Of a stretch of DNA of 38,159 nt, positions 29,551 through 38,159 are shown one piece after another (within the stretch, counting starts at the first letter, position 1; each line of letters opens with the position of its first letter). Under the pieces are notes generated by a model that searched no databases, was not told the origin of the DNA, and worked only from the letters and a program-made list of their open reading frames with translations. The stretch lies in NCBI GenBank assembly GCA_900549365.1, contig UROD01000002.1:1-38159 (forward strand), in the 5' to 3' direction. The position numbers were made by a program, and so were the translations under genes. This DNA is from an uncultured Rickettsiales bacterium (GTDB lineage: Bacteria > Pseudomonadota > Alphaproteobacteria > Rs-D84).

Positions 29551-29964
29551 ATGTTGATGCCAAATAAAACAAAGTTTCGCAAACAGCACAAAGGCCGTAT
29601 TCACGGCGTCGCCAAAGGCGGCAGCGAACTGGCATTTGGTTCGTTTGGACTGAAAGCCATGACACCAGAACGCGTTACAGCGCGTCAGATCGAAGCGGCG
29701 CGTCGCGCCATTACACGTCACATGCGTCGTATGGGAAAATTGTGGATTCGCGTATTCCCTGATGTGCCTGTGACCAAAAAACCTGCCGAAGTCCGTATGG
29801 GTAAAGGTAAAGGTGCGGTTGAATATTGGATTTGCCGTGTTAAACCAGGACGTATTATGTTTGAAATTGACGGTGTAAAACCAGAAATCGCATACGAAGC
29901 GTTCGCGTTGGCGGCGGCAAAATTGCCAGTAAAAACCAAAGTTGTTGAACGTAAAGCGAATTAA
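29551..29964 (+). CDS. rplP: 50S ribosomal protein L16
   Basis: [16 protein letters not shown].. motif. Confidence 0.97.
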   Translation: MLMPNKTKFRKQHKGRIHGVAKGGSELAFGSFGLKAMTPERVTARQIEAARRAITRHMRRMGKLWIRVFPDVPVTKKPAEVRMGKGKGAVEYWICRVKPGRIMFEIDGVKPEIAYEAFALAAAKLPVKTKVVERKAN

Positions 29965-29993
29965 GTATAACCGCACATAAAAAGGTCAATAAA

Positions 29994-30188
29994 ATGGCAG
30001 AAAAGAAAGTTGAAAAAGAATCTTTGACAGTTGAAGCATTGCAGAGCAAGCTGGCTGATTTGAAGAAAGAGCAAATGAACCAACGCTTTCAACATGCGGC
30101 TGGTCAGTTGCCAAAGTCACATGTAATGCGTCAGACACGTCGTGAAATCGCACGCGTCAAGACAAAGTTGAATGCTGACAAAAAATAA
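29994..30188 (+). CDS. rpmC: 50S ribosomal protein L29
   Basis: ..QRFQHAAGQL.. motif. N-terminal MAEKKVEK is identical to that of rplW. Confidence 0.93.
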   Translation: MAEKKVEKESLTVEALQSKLADLKKEQMNQRFQHAAGQLPKSHVMRQTRREIARVKTKLNADKK

Positions 30189-30205
30189 AAAATTGTCGAT
30201 TTTTG

Positions 30206-30233
30206 TTGAGATTTCTAAAAATTTAGTTATCAT
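30206..30233 (+). promoter_or_regulatory. candidate internal promoter (TTGAGA-16-TATCAT) in the rpmC-rpsQ spacer
   Basis: Hexamers read from the sequence. They sit in a 154-nt non-coding gap. Confidence 0.35.
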
Positions 30234-30342
30234 ATGCCGAAATCGGTTAAATAAAACCAAAGAATCAGTTGCTGTTTTGCGCGTTTTAGTGTAAAATTAA
30301 GCCCGCAAAACAAGCACTGGCAAATGTATAAGGACACAAGTT

Positions 30343-30612
30343 ATGCCAAGACGTATACTGCAAGGAACAGTAAAAAGTACAGCGAACGACAAAACAGTCG
30401 TCGTCGAAGTGGAACGTCGTTTCCGTCACCCGCTGTATGGCAAGTTCGTAAAGCAGAACAAAAAGTACAAGGCGCACGATGAAACCAACGAATACAAGGT
30501 TGGTGACATCGTTGCGATTGAAGAACATCGTCCAATTTCCAAGACAAAATCTTGGGTGGTCAAGGGGCGCGTTGGCGTTTCCAAGGACGAAACGGTAGAG
30601 GTCGTTGACTAA
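30343..30612 (+). CDS. rpsQ: 30S ribosomal protein S17
   Basis: [27 protein letters not shown] motif. Confidence 0.96.
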   Translation: MPRRILQGTVKSTANDKTVVVEVERRFRHPLYGKFVKQNKKYKAHDETNEYKVGDIVAIEEHRPISKTKSWVVKGRVGVSKDETVEVVD

Positions 30613-30723
30613 TACCGCCGGACAGGGTCTTTGAGGTTGGCGTTAGTTTTTTGGCGTGCAACAGTCGGGCCCTATAACAAAGCGGCGGGGGATTGCCCCG
30701 CGCGCAGGACAAGGAAAAAAGTT

Positions 30724-31098
30724 ATGATTCAGAATGAAACAGTTATGACGGTTGCTGACAACTCTGGTGCGCGTAAAGCAATGTGCATCAAGGTTTTGGG
30801 TGGTTCTCACCGTCGTTATGCGACAGTTGGCGACAAAATTGTCGTCGCCATCAAAGAAGCGATTCCACGTGGTAAAGTACAAAAGGGTACTGTGCAACGT
30901 GCTATCATCGTGCGTACAAAATTCCCGGTAAAACGTCCGGACGGATCTATTATCCGCTTTGACGATAACGCGGTTGTTTTGATAAACAAGAACAACTTTG
31001 AACCAATTGGCACACGTATCTTTGGGCCAATTGCACGTGAAGTTCGCCGCAAATACGATGTTCAAAAAATCGTATCTCTGGCACCGGAAGTTATATAA
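30724..31098 (+). CDS. rplN: 50S ribosomal protein L14
   Basis: 124 aa from the internal ATG ([18 protein letters not shown]..) with SD aggaaaa. Confidence 0.97.
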   Translation: MIQNETVMTVADNSGARKAMCIKVLGGSHRRYATVGDKIVVAIKEAIPRGKVQKGTVQRAIIVRTKFPVKRPDGSIIRFDDNAVVLINKNNFEPIGTRIFGPIAREVRRKYDVQKIVSLAPEVI

Positions 31099-31117
31099 TA
31101 TACAAGGGGTTACAGAT

Positions 31118-31420
31118 ATGAAAATCAAGAAAGGCGACGAAGTCGTAGTTATTTCGGGAAAGTACAAAGGCGTCAAAGGTAAAGTACTGGAAGCGCGCCC
31201 AACAGAATCTCGCGTTGTGGTAGAGGGTGTAAACCGCCACAAATGGCATGTTAAACCAACACAGGAACAGGCGGGTCATATCGTTGACCGCGAAGCACCA
31301 GTGCATGTTTCTAATGTTGCGTTGGTTGACCCAAAGACAAAAAAAGCAACACGCGTTGGATACAAAATGTCTGGCGATAAAAAAGTTCGCGTTGCTAAAA
31401 AGTCAGGCGCAGAATTGTAA
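31118..31420 (+). CDS. rplX: 50S ribosomal protein L24
   Basis: 100 aa from [18 protein letters not shown]. The longer track ORF would overlap rplN. Confidence 0.96.
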   Translation: MKIKKGDEVVVISGKYKGVKGKVLEARPTESRVVVEGVNRHKWHVKPTQEQAGHIVDREAPVHVSNVALVDPKTKKATRVGYKMSGDKKVRVAKKSGAEL

Positions 31421-31471
31421 GTATAAACAGTTCCCGCTGTTACGGGAACACAGAGTGTAAGGAATAAAAAA

Positions 31472-32017
31472 ATGCAAAGCAGATTGCGTGAAATTTATGA
31501 AAAAGAAATTGTACCTGAATTGGTAAAAGAATTCGGGTATACAAACAAGTATGCTGTGCCAAAATTGTCCAAAATCGTTTTGAATATGGGCGTTGGCGAA
31601 GCAGTTAGTGATAAAAAGAAATTGGATTCTGCCGCCGCTGATTTGACAGCGATTGCTGCACAGAAATCCGTTATCACACATGCAAAGAAATCTATCGCGA
31701 CATATCGTCTGCGCGAAGGTCAGGCCATTGGTACCAAGGTCACATTGCGTGGTAAAAGAATGTACGATTTCTTGGATAAACTGATTACGGTTGCGTTGCC
31801 ACGTGTCAAGGACTTTCGTGGTTTGTCAAAATCCAAGTTTGATGGTCGCGGTAATTATGCGTTCGGTATCAAGGAACACTTGATTTTCCCGGAAATTTCC
31901 GTTGATAAAATTGACGCAATTCGCGGTATGGATATCGTCATCGCTACAACAGCGAAAACTGACGACGAAGCACGTGCGTTGCTGACGAAAATCGGCTTGC
32001 CGTTGGTTTTGAAATAA
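31472..32017 (+). CDS. rplE: 50S ribosomal protein L5
   Basis: [16 protein letters not shown] motif. Confidence 0.97.
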   Translation: MQSRLREIYEKEIVPELVKEFGYTNKYAVPKLSKIVLNMGVGEAVSDKKKLDSAAADLTAIAAQKSVITHAKKSIATYRLREGQAIGTKVTLRGKRMYDFLDKLITVALPRVKDFRGLSKSKFDGRGNYAFGIKEHLIFPEISVDKIDAIRGMDIVIATTAKTDDEARALLTKIGLPLVLK

Positions 32018-32032
32018 TAAAAAGGTATAAAA

Positions 32033-32335
32033 ATGGCTAAATTAGCGTTGATAAACAAACAGAAAAAACGTGAAAAGATGGTCGCCCAGTATGCCAAAAA
32101 GCGCGAAGCGATCAAGGCGAAGATGTCTGTGAATGCAACACCAGACGAACGCATGGATGCAATGAAAAAAATGGCAAAGTTGCCACGTAATGCGAATCCA
32201 ACACGTTTGCATAATCGTTGTTCAGTTACTGGTCGTGCACGCGGGTTCTCTCGCTTGTTCGGTCTGTGCCGCCAACAGTTGCGCACAATGGCGTCCGAAG
32301 GGAAATTGCCAGGTGTACGTAAATCCAGTTGGTAA
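32033..32335 (+). CDS. rpsN: 30S ribosomal protein S14 (long form)
   Basis: ..RCSVTGRARGF..LPGVRKSSW motifs. Confidence 0.96.
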   Translation: MAKLALINKQKKREKMVAQYAKKREAIKAKMSVNATPDERMDAMKKMAKLPRNANPTRLHNRCSVTGRARGFSRLFGLCRQQLRTMASEGKLPGVRKSSW

Positions 32336-32420
32336 AACAAAACAACCCTGTTGTGGACAATGCAGCAGGGGTTAAACAATAGTGCAGGGGACGATGTCCC
32401 GTGTGACGAAGGAGTAAAAG

Positions 32421-32819
32421 ATGTCATTATCACACCCAATCGGCGATATGTTGACTCGTATTCGTAATGGTCAGAATGCGGGTAAAGAAACAATCACCGT
32501 TCCAAACAGCAAACTGCGCGCAGCAGTGCTGGCCGTCTTGAAAGACGAAGGTTTTATTACAGATTTCCACAAAGAACAGATTGACGAACATCGTGCCAAT
32601 TTGGTCGTTGAATTAAAATATGTCAATGGCAATGGCGCAATCCAAGAAATTTCTGTCGTGTCCAAACCTGGTCGCCGTGTTTATTCCGGCAGTGCAAAAA
32701 TGCCAAAGGTTATGGGCGGACTGGGTATCGCAATCGTTTCCACACCAAATGGCGTTATGACAGATCACAAAGCGCGCCTGATGAATGTTGGTGGCGAAGT
32801 GCTGTGCAAGGTAATCTAA
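32421..32819 (+). CDS. rpsH: 30S ribosomal protein S8
   Basis: DMLTRIRNGQNA motif. Confidence 0.97.
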   Translation: MSLSHPIGDMLTRIRNGQNAGKETITVPNSKLRAAVLAVLKDEGFITDFHKEQIDEHRANLVVELKYVNGNGAIQEISVVSKPGRRVYSGSAKMPKVMGGLGIAIVSTPNGVMTDHKARLMNVGGEVLCKVI

Positions 32820-32841
32820 TTTAGAAGTAAGGATTGAAGTT

Positions 32842-33402
32842 ATGTCTCGTGCAGGAAAACATCCAGTAAAATTAAAAGACGGTACGTCAGCGGCAATCGT
32901 TGGTGACGTTCTGGTCGTAAAAGGCCCAAAGGGTGAAATTAAATTACCTTTGGATACAAAACATGCAGGTTTGGTACATGTTGTTGTCGAAGAAGGTCAG
33001 GTGGTCGTTACACCAAAAGATGCCGAAGATAAAATTTCGCGCGCAATGTGGGGCACAATGACCCGCAATGTTCGCTGTGCAGTAGAAGGTGTATCTGACG
33101 GTTTTTCCAAAGATATGTATATGAAAGGTGTTGGTTACAAAGCATCTGTTTCTGGCAATAAATTGGTTTTGGTTGCTGGTTATTCACATGATATCATTAT
33201 GGAAATACCAGAAGGTTTGACCGTTGTTATGGGCGAAACCCCAACCGAATTTAGCATCAAGGGTATTGATAAGTGCTTGGTCGGTCAATTCGCGGACAAG
33301 GTTCACAAGGTTCGCAAACTGGACCCATACAAGGGCAAGGGTATCAAGTTCGCCGGCGAGCAGCTTCGTCGCAAGGCCGGCAAGACCGCTGGAGCTAAAT
33401 AA
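32842..33402 (+). CDS. rplF: 50S ribosomal protein L6 (contains the codon-usage switch near its 3' end)
   Basis: MSRAGKHPVKL.., GYSHDI and PYKGKGIKF motifs. Lys codons are AAA 12 / AAG 1 in the first 139 codons and AAA 2 / AAG 9 in the last 47. Confidence 0.95.
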   Translation: MSRAGKHPVKLKDGTSAAIVGDVLVVKGPKGEIKLPLDTKHAGLVHVVVEEGQVVVTPKDAEDKISRAMWGTMTRNVRCAVEGVSDGFSKDMYMKGVGYKASVSGNKLVLVAGYSHDIIMEIPEGLTVVMGETPTEFSIKGIDKCLVGQFADKVHKVRKLDPYKGKGIKFAGEQLRRKAGKTAGAK

Positions 33403-33417
33403 TAGGAGGACATAGAT

Positions 33418-33780
33418 ATGGCATTGAATAGAATTGAAAGAAGAAGAAGAATCCATTACCGTATCCGTAAGCACGTCAACGGAACCGCCGAGAGGCCAAG
33501 AATGGTTGTCTTCAGAAGCAACAAGCAGATCTACGTCCAGGTTGTGGACGATCAGAAAGGCGTGACGCTCGTCGCCGCCGCTTCCAATGACAAGGTTCTT
33601 GCCGCTGAGTGCAAGGGCAAGAATGGAATCGAGGCAGCAGCCATTGTCGGAAAGGCGATCGCAGAGCGTGCCAAGGAGAAGGGAATCACCACCATCTCTT
33701 TTGACCGTGGAGGTTACCTCTATCACGGTAGGGTTAAAAGTTTGGCTGACGCTGCCCGTGAAGGTGGCCTTATATTCTAA
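33418..33780 (+). CDS. rplR: 50S ribosomal protein L18
   Basis: [20 protein letters not shown] motif. 9 of 14 Arg codons are AGA/AGG. Confidence 0.96.
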   Translation: MALNRIERRRRIHYRIRKHVNGTAERPRMVVFRSNKQIYVQVVDDQKGVTLVAAASNDKVLAAECKGKNGIEAAAIVGKAIAERAKEKGITTISFDRGGYLYHGRVKSLADAAREGGLIF

Positions 33781-33790
33781 TTGAAAGACT

Positions 33791-34309
33791 ATGGCAAATA
33801 CAAATGTTAAAAGAGTAAAGACTTCTGATCTTGAATTGAAAGACAGACTGGTCGCCATCCAGAGAGTAACCAAGGTTACTAAGGGTGGTCGTCACTTCCG
33901 CTTTGCCGCCATCGTGGTAGTGGGTGACGAGAACGGCGTTGTTGGTTATGGTCTTGGAAAAGCCAATGAGGTAACAGCAGCCATCGCGAAGGGTGTCGAG
34001 GACGCTAAGAAGAACCTTGTGAAGATCCCTGTGATCAACACGACCATTCCTCACGAGCAGGAATCCAAGTTCGGAGGTTCTGTAGTGTTTATGAAGCCTG
34101 CGGCTCCTGGTACCGGTGTGAAGGCCGGTGGCGCTATGCGTGCTGTGTTTGAGTCTGCCGGTATCCAGAATGTGCTTGCAAAGTCCAAGGGTTCATCCAA
34201 CCCTCACAACCTTGTCAAGGCTACGGTTGCCGCTCTTACCCAGATGAGGGATGCCTACACAGTGGCCGGTCTCCGTGGAATTCCTATGAGCAAAGTATTT
34301 AACGGTTAG
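33791..34309 (+). CDS. rpsE: 30S ribosomal protein S5
   Basis: [21 protein letters not shown] motif. Confidence 0.97.
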   Translation: MANTNVKRVKTSDLELKDRLVAIQRVTKVTKGGRHFRFAAIVVVGDENGVVGYGLGKANEVTAAIAKGVEDAKKNLVKIPVINTTIPHEQESKFGGSVVFMKPAAPGTGVKAGGAMRAVFESAGIQNVLAKSKGSSNPHNLVKATVAALTQMRDAYTVAGLRGIPMSKVFNG

Positions 34310-34323
34310 GAGGACACACAGTT

Positions 34324-34506
34324 ATGGCAAAACTTAAGATAACACAGGTAAGAAGCAAAAACGGATGCACCAAGAGGCAGATCGCTAATCTGACCACACT
34401 TGGAATCCGCAGGATGCACCAGACCGTGGAGGTCGAGAAGACTCCGGTGACAGAAGGCCAGCTCGCCAAGATCCGTCACCTCGTTGAAGTTGAAGAAATT
34501 AATTAA
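34324..34506 (+). CDS. rpmD: 50S ribosomal protein L30
   Basis: 60 aa beginning MAKLKITQVRS.., located between rpsE and rplO. Confidence 0.9.
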   Translation: MAKLKITQVRSKNGCTKRQIANLTTLGIRRMHQTVEVEKTPVTEGQLAKIRHLVEVEEIN

Positions 34507-34518
34507 GAGGACGAAGAG

Positions 34519-34971
34519 ATGAAACTGGAAAATTTGAAGCCTGCAAAAGGTGCGACTCATAACAGCAAGCGTCTTGGCCGCGGTCAGGGTTCCGGTAAGG
34601 GTGGTACTTCCACCCGTGGTACCAAGGGAGCACAGGCCCGCGCCGGCTATGAACACAAGATCGGTTTCGAGGGTGGTCAGATGCCTATTCAGAGACGTGT
34701 TCCTAAGTTCGGATTCAAGAACCCGACCAGAATTGAGTACAAGGCGGTCAATGTGGCTGCCATCCAGGCCCTTTCCGAGCAGCTTGGCAAGGTGGAGATC
34801 GGACTTGAGGACATCAAGGCCGCAGGACTTGCCGACGCTAAGGAACTCGTTAAGGTTCTTGGCAACGGTGAGATCACCGCTGCTGTCACTGTAACCGCTG
34901 ACGCTTTCTCCGCTTCAGCTGTCTCAAAGATCGAAGCCGCCGGTGGTAAGACAATTGTAATCGGCAAATAA
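34519..34971 (+). CDS. rplO: 50S ribosomal protein L15
   Basis: GRGQGSGKGGTSTRG motif. Confidence 0.96.
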   Translation: MKLENLKPAKGATHNSKRLGRGQGSGKGGTSTRGTKGAQARAGYEHKIGFEGGQMPIQRRVPKFGFKNPTRIEYKAVNVAAIQALSEQLGKVEIGLEDIKAAGLADAKELVKVLGNGEITAAVTVTADAFSASAVSKIEAAGGKTIVIGK

Positions 34972-34973
34972 CG

Positions 34974-36314
34974 ATGAAGAAGTTTATTGAGACAATAAAG
35001 AACATTTTCAAGATCGAGGAACTCCGTACGAGACTCGGCTACACGTTCCTTCTCATCCTGGTCTACAGGTTGGGTTGCTTCATCGTGCTGCCGGGTATCG
35101 ACACGACCCTGCTCGCTTCCCTTCAGGACAGCACCCAGCAGGGCCTCGTCGGTCTGTTGAATATGTTCTCCGGAGGTGCCTTCGGCAACGCTTCCATCTT
35201 CGCGTTGGGAGTTATGCCTTACATCTCCGCTTCAATCGTGATTCAGCTTCTCGGTATGTTCGTCCCTTACTTCAGGAAACTCCAGATGGAGGGCGAAAGC
35301 GGCCGTAGGAAGATGAATCAGCTCACCAGGTACCTTACCATCCTCATCCTCTGCATCCAGGGCCCTGCGTACATAGCTTCCATCCACAGCCAGATCCCGG
35401 GAGCCGCGTTCCTCGCGGAGACCCAGCTCGGCTGGAGCAGGTTTATGTACAACCTTGTGGCGACCATCATTTTGATGTCCGGCTCAATGTTCGTGATGTG
35501 GCTTGGTGAGAGGATCACAGACAGAGGCATCGGCAACGGTATCTCCCTGATCATTATGATCGGTATCGTGGCCCGTCTGCCTTTCGCTCTTGTCAGCGAG
35601 GTTGGTACCAAGCTCAGCACAACGACCGGTGGCGGTCCTATCGCCCTGATCGTCGAGCTTATCATCTGGTTCCTTGTCATCGTGGCGACAATCGCCCTTG
35701 TACAGGGTGTCAGAAGGGTTCCTGTCCAGTATGCAAAGAGAGTTGTCGGTAACAGACAGTATGGTGGTGTGCGTCAGTACATCCCTCTGAAGATCAATGC
35801 CGCCGGCGTTATGCCTATCATCTTCGCCCAGGCGTTGACGCTGTTCCCGCTTCTGTTCTCCCGCTTCGACGCGACCAGAGGCCTCGCCGCCACTCTCGGC
35901 AACTACACCGGATTCTGGTATAACCTGATTTTCGGATTCCTCGTTGTCATCTTCACATACTTCTACACAGCCGTTACGGTAAACCCTACTATGATGGCTG
36001 AAGATATGAAGAAGAACGGTGGATTCATCCCTGGCGTGAAGCCTGGAAAGGCCACGGTCAACTACCTTGACTCCATTATGTCAAAGGTGACTCTCCCTGG
36101 CTCCATATTCCTCGCCATCATCGCCATTCTCCCAGCATTCGCCAGGATTATGGGTGTTCAGGATCAGTTCGCAAGCTTCTATGGTGGTACCTCACTGTTG
36201 ATCCTCGTGGGCGTTGTCCTTGACACACTTCAGCAGATAGAGAGTTATCTTCTGATGCGTCACTATGACGGTCTGATGAAGACCGGACGTATCAGCGGAC
36301 GCTCAGGAATGTAA
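34974..36314 (+). CDS. secY: preprotein translocase subunit SecY
   Basis: 446 aa with about 10 TM segments and the GVMPYISASIVIQLL motif. Confidence 0.97.
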   Translation: MKKFIETIKNIFKIEELRTRLGYTFLLILVYRLGCFIVLPGIDTTLLASLQDSTQQGLVGLLNMFSGGAFGNASIFALGVMPYISASIVIQLLGMFVPYFRKLQMEGESGRRKMNQLTRYLTILILCIQGPAYIASIHSQIPGAAFLAETQLGWSRFMYNLVATIILMSGSMFVMWLGERITDRGIGNGISLIIMIGIVARLPFALVSEVGTKLSTTTGGGPIALIVELIIWFLVIVATIALVQGVRRVPVQYAKRVVGNRQYGGVRQYIPLKINAAGVMPIIFAQALTLFPLLFSRFDATRGLAATLGNYTGFWYNLIFGFLVVIFTYFYTAVTVNPTMMAEDMKKNGGFIPGVKPGKATVNYLDSIMSKVTLPGSIFLAIIAILPAFARIMGVQDQFASFYGGTSLLILVGVVLDTLQQIESYLLMRHYDGLMKTGRISGRSGM

Positions 36315-36335
36315 TTTTGATAATCAACAGGATTG

Positions 36336-37109
36336 ATGGTTAAGCCTAAGACAGAAGAGGAAATCGAGCTCTTGCGCGAGAATGCCATACTTGTCTCAAA
36401 GACATTGGCGGAAGTCGGTAAGGTGGTCGCCCCGGGTGTGACAACCGCGAGGTTGAATGAGGTGGCCGAGACTTTTATCCGTGACAACGGAGCCATTCCT
36501 AGTTTTCTTGGATTCGAGGGTTTTCCCGCCGCGATATGTACATCAGTCAATGATGTCGTTGTCCACGGTTTCCCGTCGGACTATGTCCTTAAGGAGGGCG
36601 ACATCGTGACCGCCGACATAGGCACCCTGTACAAAGGCTATAACGGTGATTCGGCTTACACTTTCCCTGTCGGGGAAGTGGACGCCGAGACCCGGAAGCT
36701 TATGGATGTGACCAAGGCTTCGCTCTACAAGGGCATCGAGGCTGCGGTCGCCGGCAACAGGACTGGTGACATCGGACACGCGGTGCAATCGTACGCCGAG
36801 TCATTCGGCTTCTCGGTGGTCCGTGAACTTGAAGGACACGGTCTCGGGAAGGAGATGCACGAGGCTCCGGGCGTTCCGAACTACGGACGTCAGGGTCACG
36901 GGTGCAGGCTTGTGGATGGAATGGTCATCTGCATCGAACCAATGATCAATGCAGGCGGCAGAGGAGTGTATGTGGCCAGAAATGGTTGGGCTGTACACAC
37001 TTCCGACCACAGGAACGCGGCTCACTATGAGCTTACGGTTGTTGTTCGTAAAGGCAAGGCGGAACAACTGTCAACATTTGATTATATTGAAAGTACTGGT
37101 AAATTTTAA
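36336..37109 (+). CDS. map: type I methionine aminopeptidase
   Basis: CTSVNDVVVHGFP, DIVTADIG and GHGLG..HE motifs. Start taken at ATG 36336; the track start at 36333 is a TTG. Confidence 0.95.
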   Translation: MVKPKTEEEIELLRENAILVSKTLAEVGKVVAPGVTTARLNEVAETFIRDNGAIPSFLGFEGFPAAICTSVNDVVVHGFPSDYVLKEGDIVTADIGTLYKGYNGDSAYTFPVGEVDAETRKLMDVTKASLYKGIEAAVAGNRTGDIGHAVQSYAESFGFSVVRELEGHGLGKEMHEAPGVPNYGRQGHGCRLVDGMVICIEPMINAGGRGVYVARNGWAVHTSDHRNAAHYELTVVVRKGKAEQLSTFDYIESTGKF

Positions 37110-37121
37110 AGTGTTTTTTCA

Positions 37122-37340
37122 ATGTCCAAACAAGTAGCGATAGAACAAGACGGAAAAGTGATCGAGACTCTTCCTAACGCGATGTTCAAGGTGGAGCTTG
37201 AGAACGGTCACGTCCTTCTCTGCAACATCTCCGGCAAGATGAGAATGAATTTCATCCACATCCTCCTTGGAGACAAGGTGCGGGTTGAAATTTCACCTTA
37301 TGATTTGACAAAGGGAAGAATATCCTTCAGGTACAAATAA
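37122..37340 (+). CDS. infA: translation initiation factor IF-1
   Basis: [35 protein letters not shown]. Confidence 0.97.
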   Translation: MSKQVAIEQDGKVIETLPNAMFKVELENGHVLLCNISGKMRMNFIHILLGDKVRVEISPYDLTKGRISFRYK

Positions 37341-37353
37341 AAATATTCACGAT

Positions 37354-37470
37354 ATGAAAGTCAAAACATCCATCAAGAAGCGCAGCGAAGATTGCAAGAT
37401 CGTCAGACGCAAAGGCCGTCTTTATGTCATCTGCAAGAAGAACCCTAAGTTCAAGATGCGCCAGGGATAA
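37354..37470 (+). CDS. rpmJ: 50S ribosomal protein L36
   Basis: Absent from the ORF track because it is under 60 aa. Hand translation gives [38 protein letters not shown] followed by a stop. Confidence 0.93.
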   Translation: MKVKTSIKKRSEDCKIVRRKGRLYVICKKNPKFKMRQG

Positions 37471-37507
37471 CAGTAGTTTGTAAAACAAATAAAGTCAAAG
37501 ATAAATT

Positions 37508-37885
37508 ATGGCAAGAATAGCCGGTGTTGATTTACCGAACAACAAAAGAGGTGAGATAGGTCTTACCTACATCTACGGTATCGGCCGCAGCTCCGCGAGA
37601 GAGATTCTCCAGAAGTGCGGAATCGATTACGACATCAAGGTCGGTGAATGGAACGACGAGCAGGTCGCCGCTATCCGTACCCTCATCACCGAGGAGTACA
37701 AGATCGAGGGTGAGCTTCGTTCCTCCGTCCAGATGAACATCAAACGACTGATGGATATCGGTTGCTACAGAGGAATCCGTCATCGTATCGGACTTCCTGT
37801 ACGTGGCCAGAGCACCAAGAACAATGCCCGCACAAGAAAGGGTAAGAAGAAGACCGTTGCAAACAAGAAGAAAGCAACCAAATAA
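37508..37885 (+). CDS. rpsM: 30S ribosomal protein S13
   Basis: [10 protein letters not shown].. and [27 protein letters not shown] motifs. Confidence 0.97.
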   Translation: MARIAGVDLPNNKRGEIGLTYIYGIGRSSAREILQKCGIDYDIKVGEWNDEQVAAIRTLITEEYKIEGELRSSVQMNIKRLMDIGCYRGIRHRIGLPVRGQSTKNNARTRKGKKKTVANKKKATK

Positions 37886-37898
37886 ATCTTGATGAATT

Positions 37899-38159
37899 AT
37901 GGCAAAGAAGACAACAACAGCAAAAAAGAGAGTTGTAAAAGTTGAAGCTACTGGTGAAGCACATATTTCATCAACCTTCAATAACGTTATCATCGCTCTC
38001 ACAAACAATGTTGGCCAGGTTATCAGCTGGTCTTCAGCTGGTAAGAGCGGCTTCAGAGGCTCTAAGAAAAACACTCCGTATGCAGCTCAGGTTGCAGCAG
38101 AGGATGCTGCCAAGACAGCGTTTGATGCAGGCCTCCGTAAAGTAAAGGTCTATGTTAAG
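37899..38159 (+). CDS. rpsK: 30S ribosomal protein S11 (3' end runs off the window)
   Basis: Hand translation from ATG 37899 gives [50 protein letters not shown].. The frame stays open to the last base. Confidence 0.93.
   Translation, partial: MAKKTTTAKKRVVKVEATGEAHISSTFNNVIIALTNNVGQVISWSSAGKSGFRGSKKNTPYAAQVAAEDAAKTAFDAGLRKVKVYVK

Noticed and set aside
33184-33873. 229-aa reverse-strand ORF spanning rplF, rplR and rpsE
   Set aside because: It crosses three sense genes and two intergenic spacers. It is a by-product of the high-GC3 codon bias that begins here, so it is useful only as a marker of the compositional switch.
37899-38159. Possible second compositional change at rpsK (it looks somewhat more AT-rich than rpsM)
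   Set aside because: The segment is too short (87 codons). It still uses AGA-Arg and CTC-Leu, and the protein is Bacteroidota-like like its neighbours. This is within normal gene-to-gene variation.

Overview
38.2-kb bacterial window, almost entirely + strand, with no rRNA, CRISPR array or transposase. Contents left to right: (1) A tandem cluster of at least five secreted Ala/Thr-rich surface proteins with phage tail-fibre-type motifs (2..5286). The genes are mosaics of shared modules. (2) A repeat-rich spacer, a DedA/YqaA-like membrane protein (- strand), rbfA and lepA. (3) Immediately after lepA, eight close-packed divergent paralogs (nine repeat units) of a small Cys-motif protein I do not recognise (8568..12206). 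They are followed by a P4-type integrase-like gene whose catalytic residues look degenerate. (4) acpP-fabF, then tRNA-Pro(CGG) on the - strand with a 19-nt duplicate of its 3' end 185 bp away, an acyl-CoA synthetase and mltG. (5) Two predicted outer-membrane beta-barrel proteins. (6) The str/S10/spc/alpha ribosomal-protein superoperon, from rpsL to a 3'-truncated rpsK (20414..38159). Codon usage, G+C content and gene order switch abruptly near the 3' end of rplF (about 33.25-33.35 kb). The left side looks proteobacterial, probably alphaproteobacterial (tuf sits between fusA and rpsJ; codons TTG-Leu, CGT-Arg, AAA-Lys). The right side looks Bacteroidota-like (secY-map-infA-rpmJ-rpsM-rpsK; codons CTT/CTC-Leu, AGA/AGG-Arg, AAG-Lys). 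The contig is therefore either an assembly chimera or a very unusual replacement within the operon. The candidate novel system is the lepA-linked Cys-motif paralog array plus the inactive-looking recombinase.
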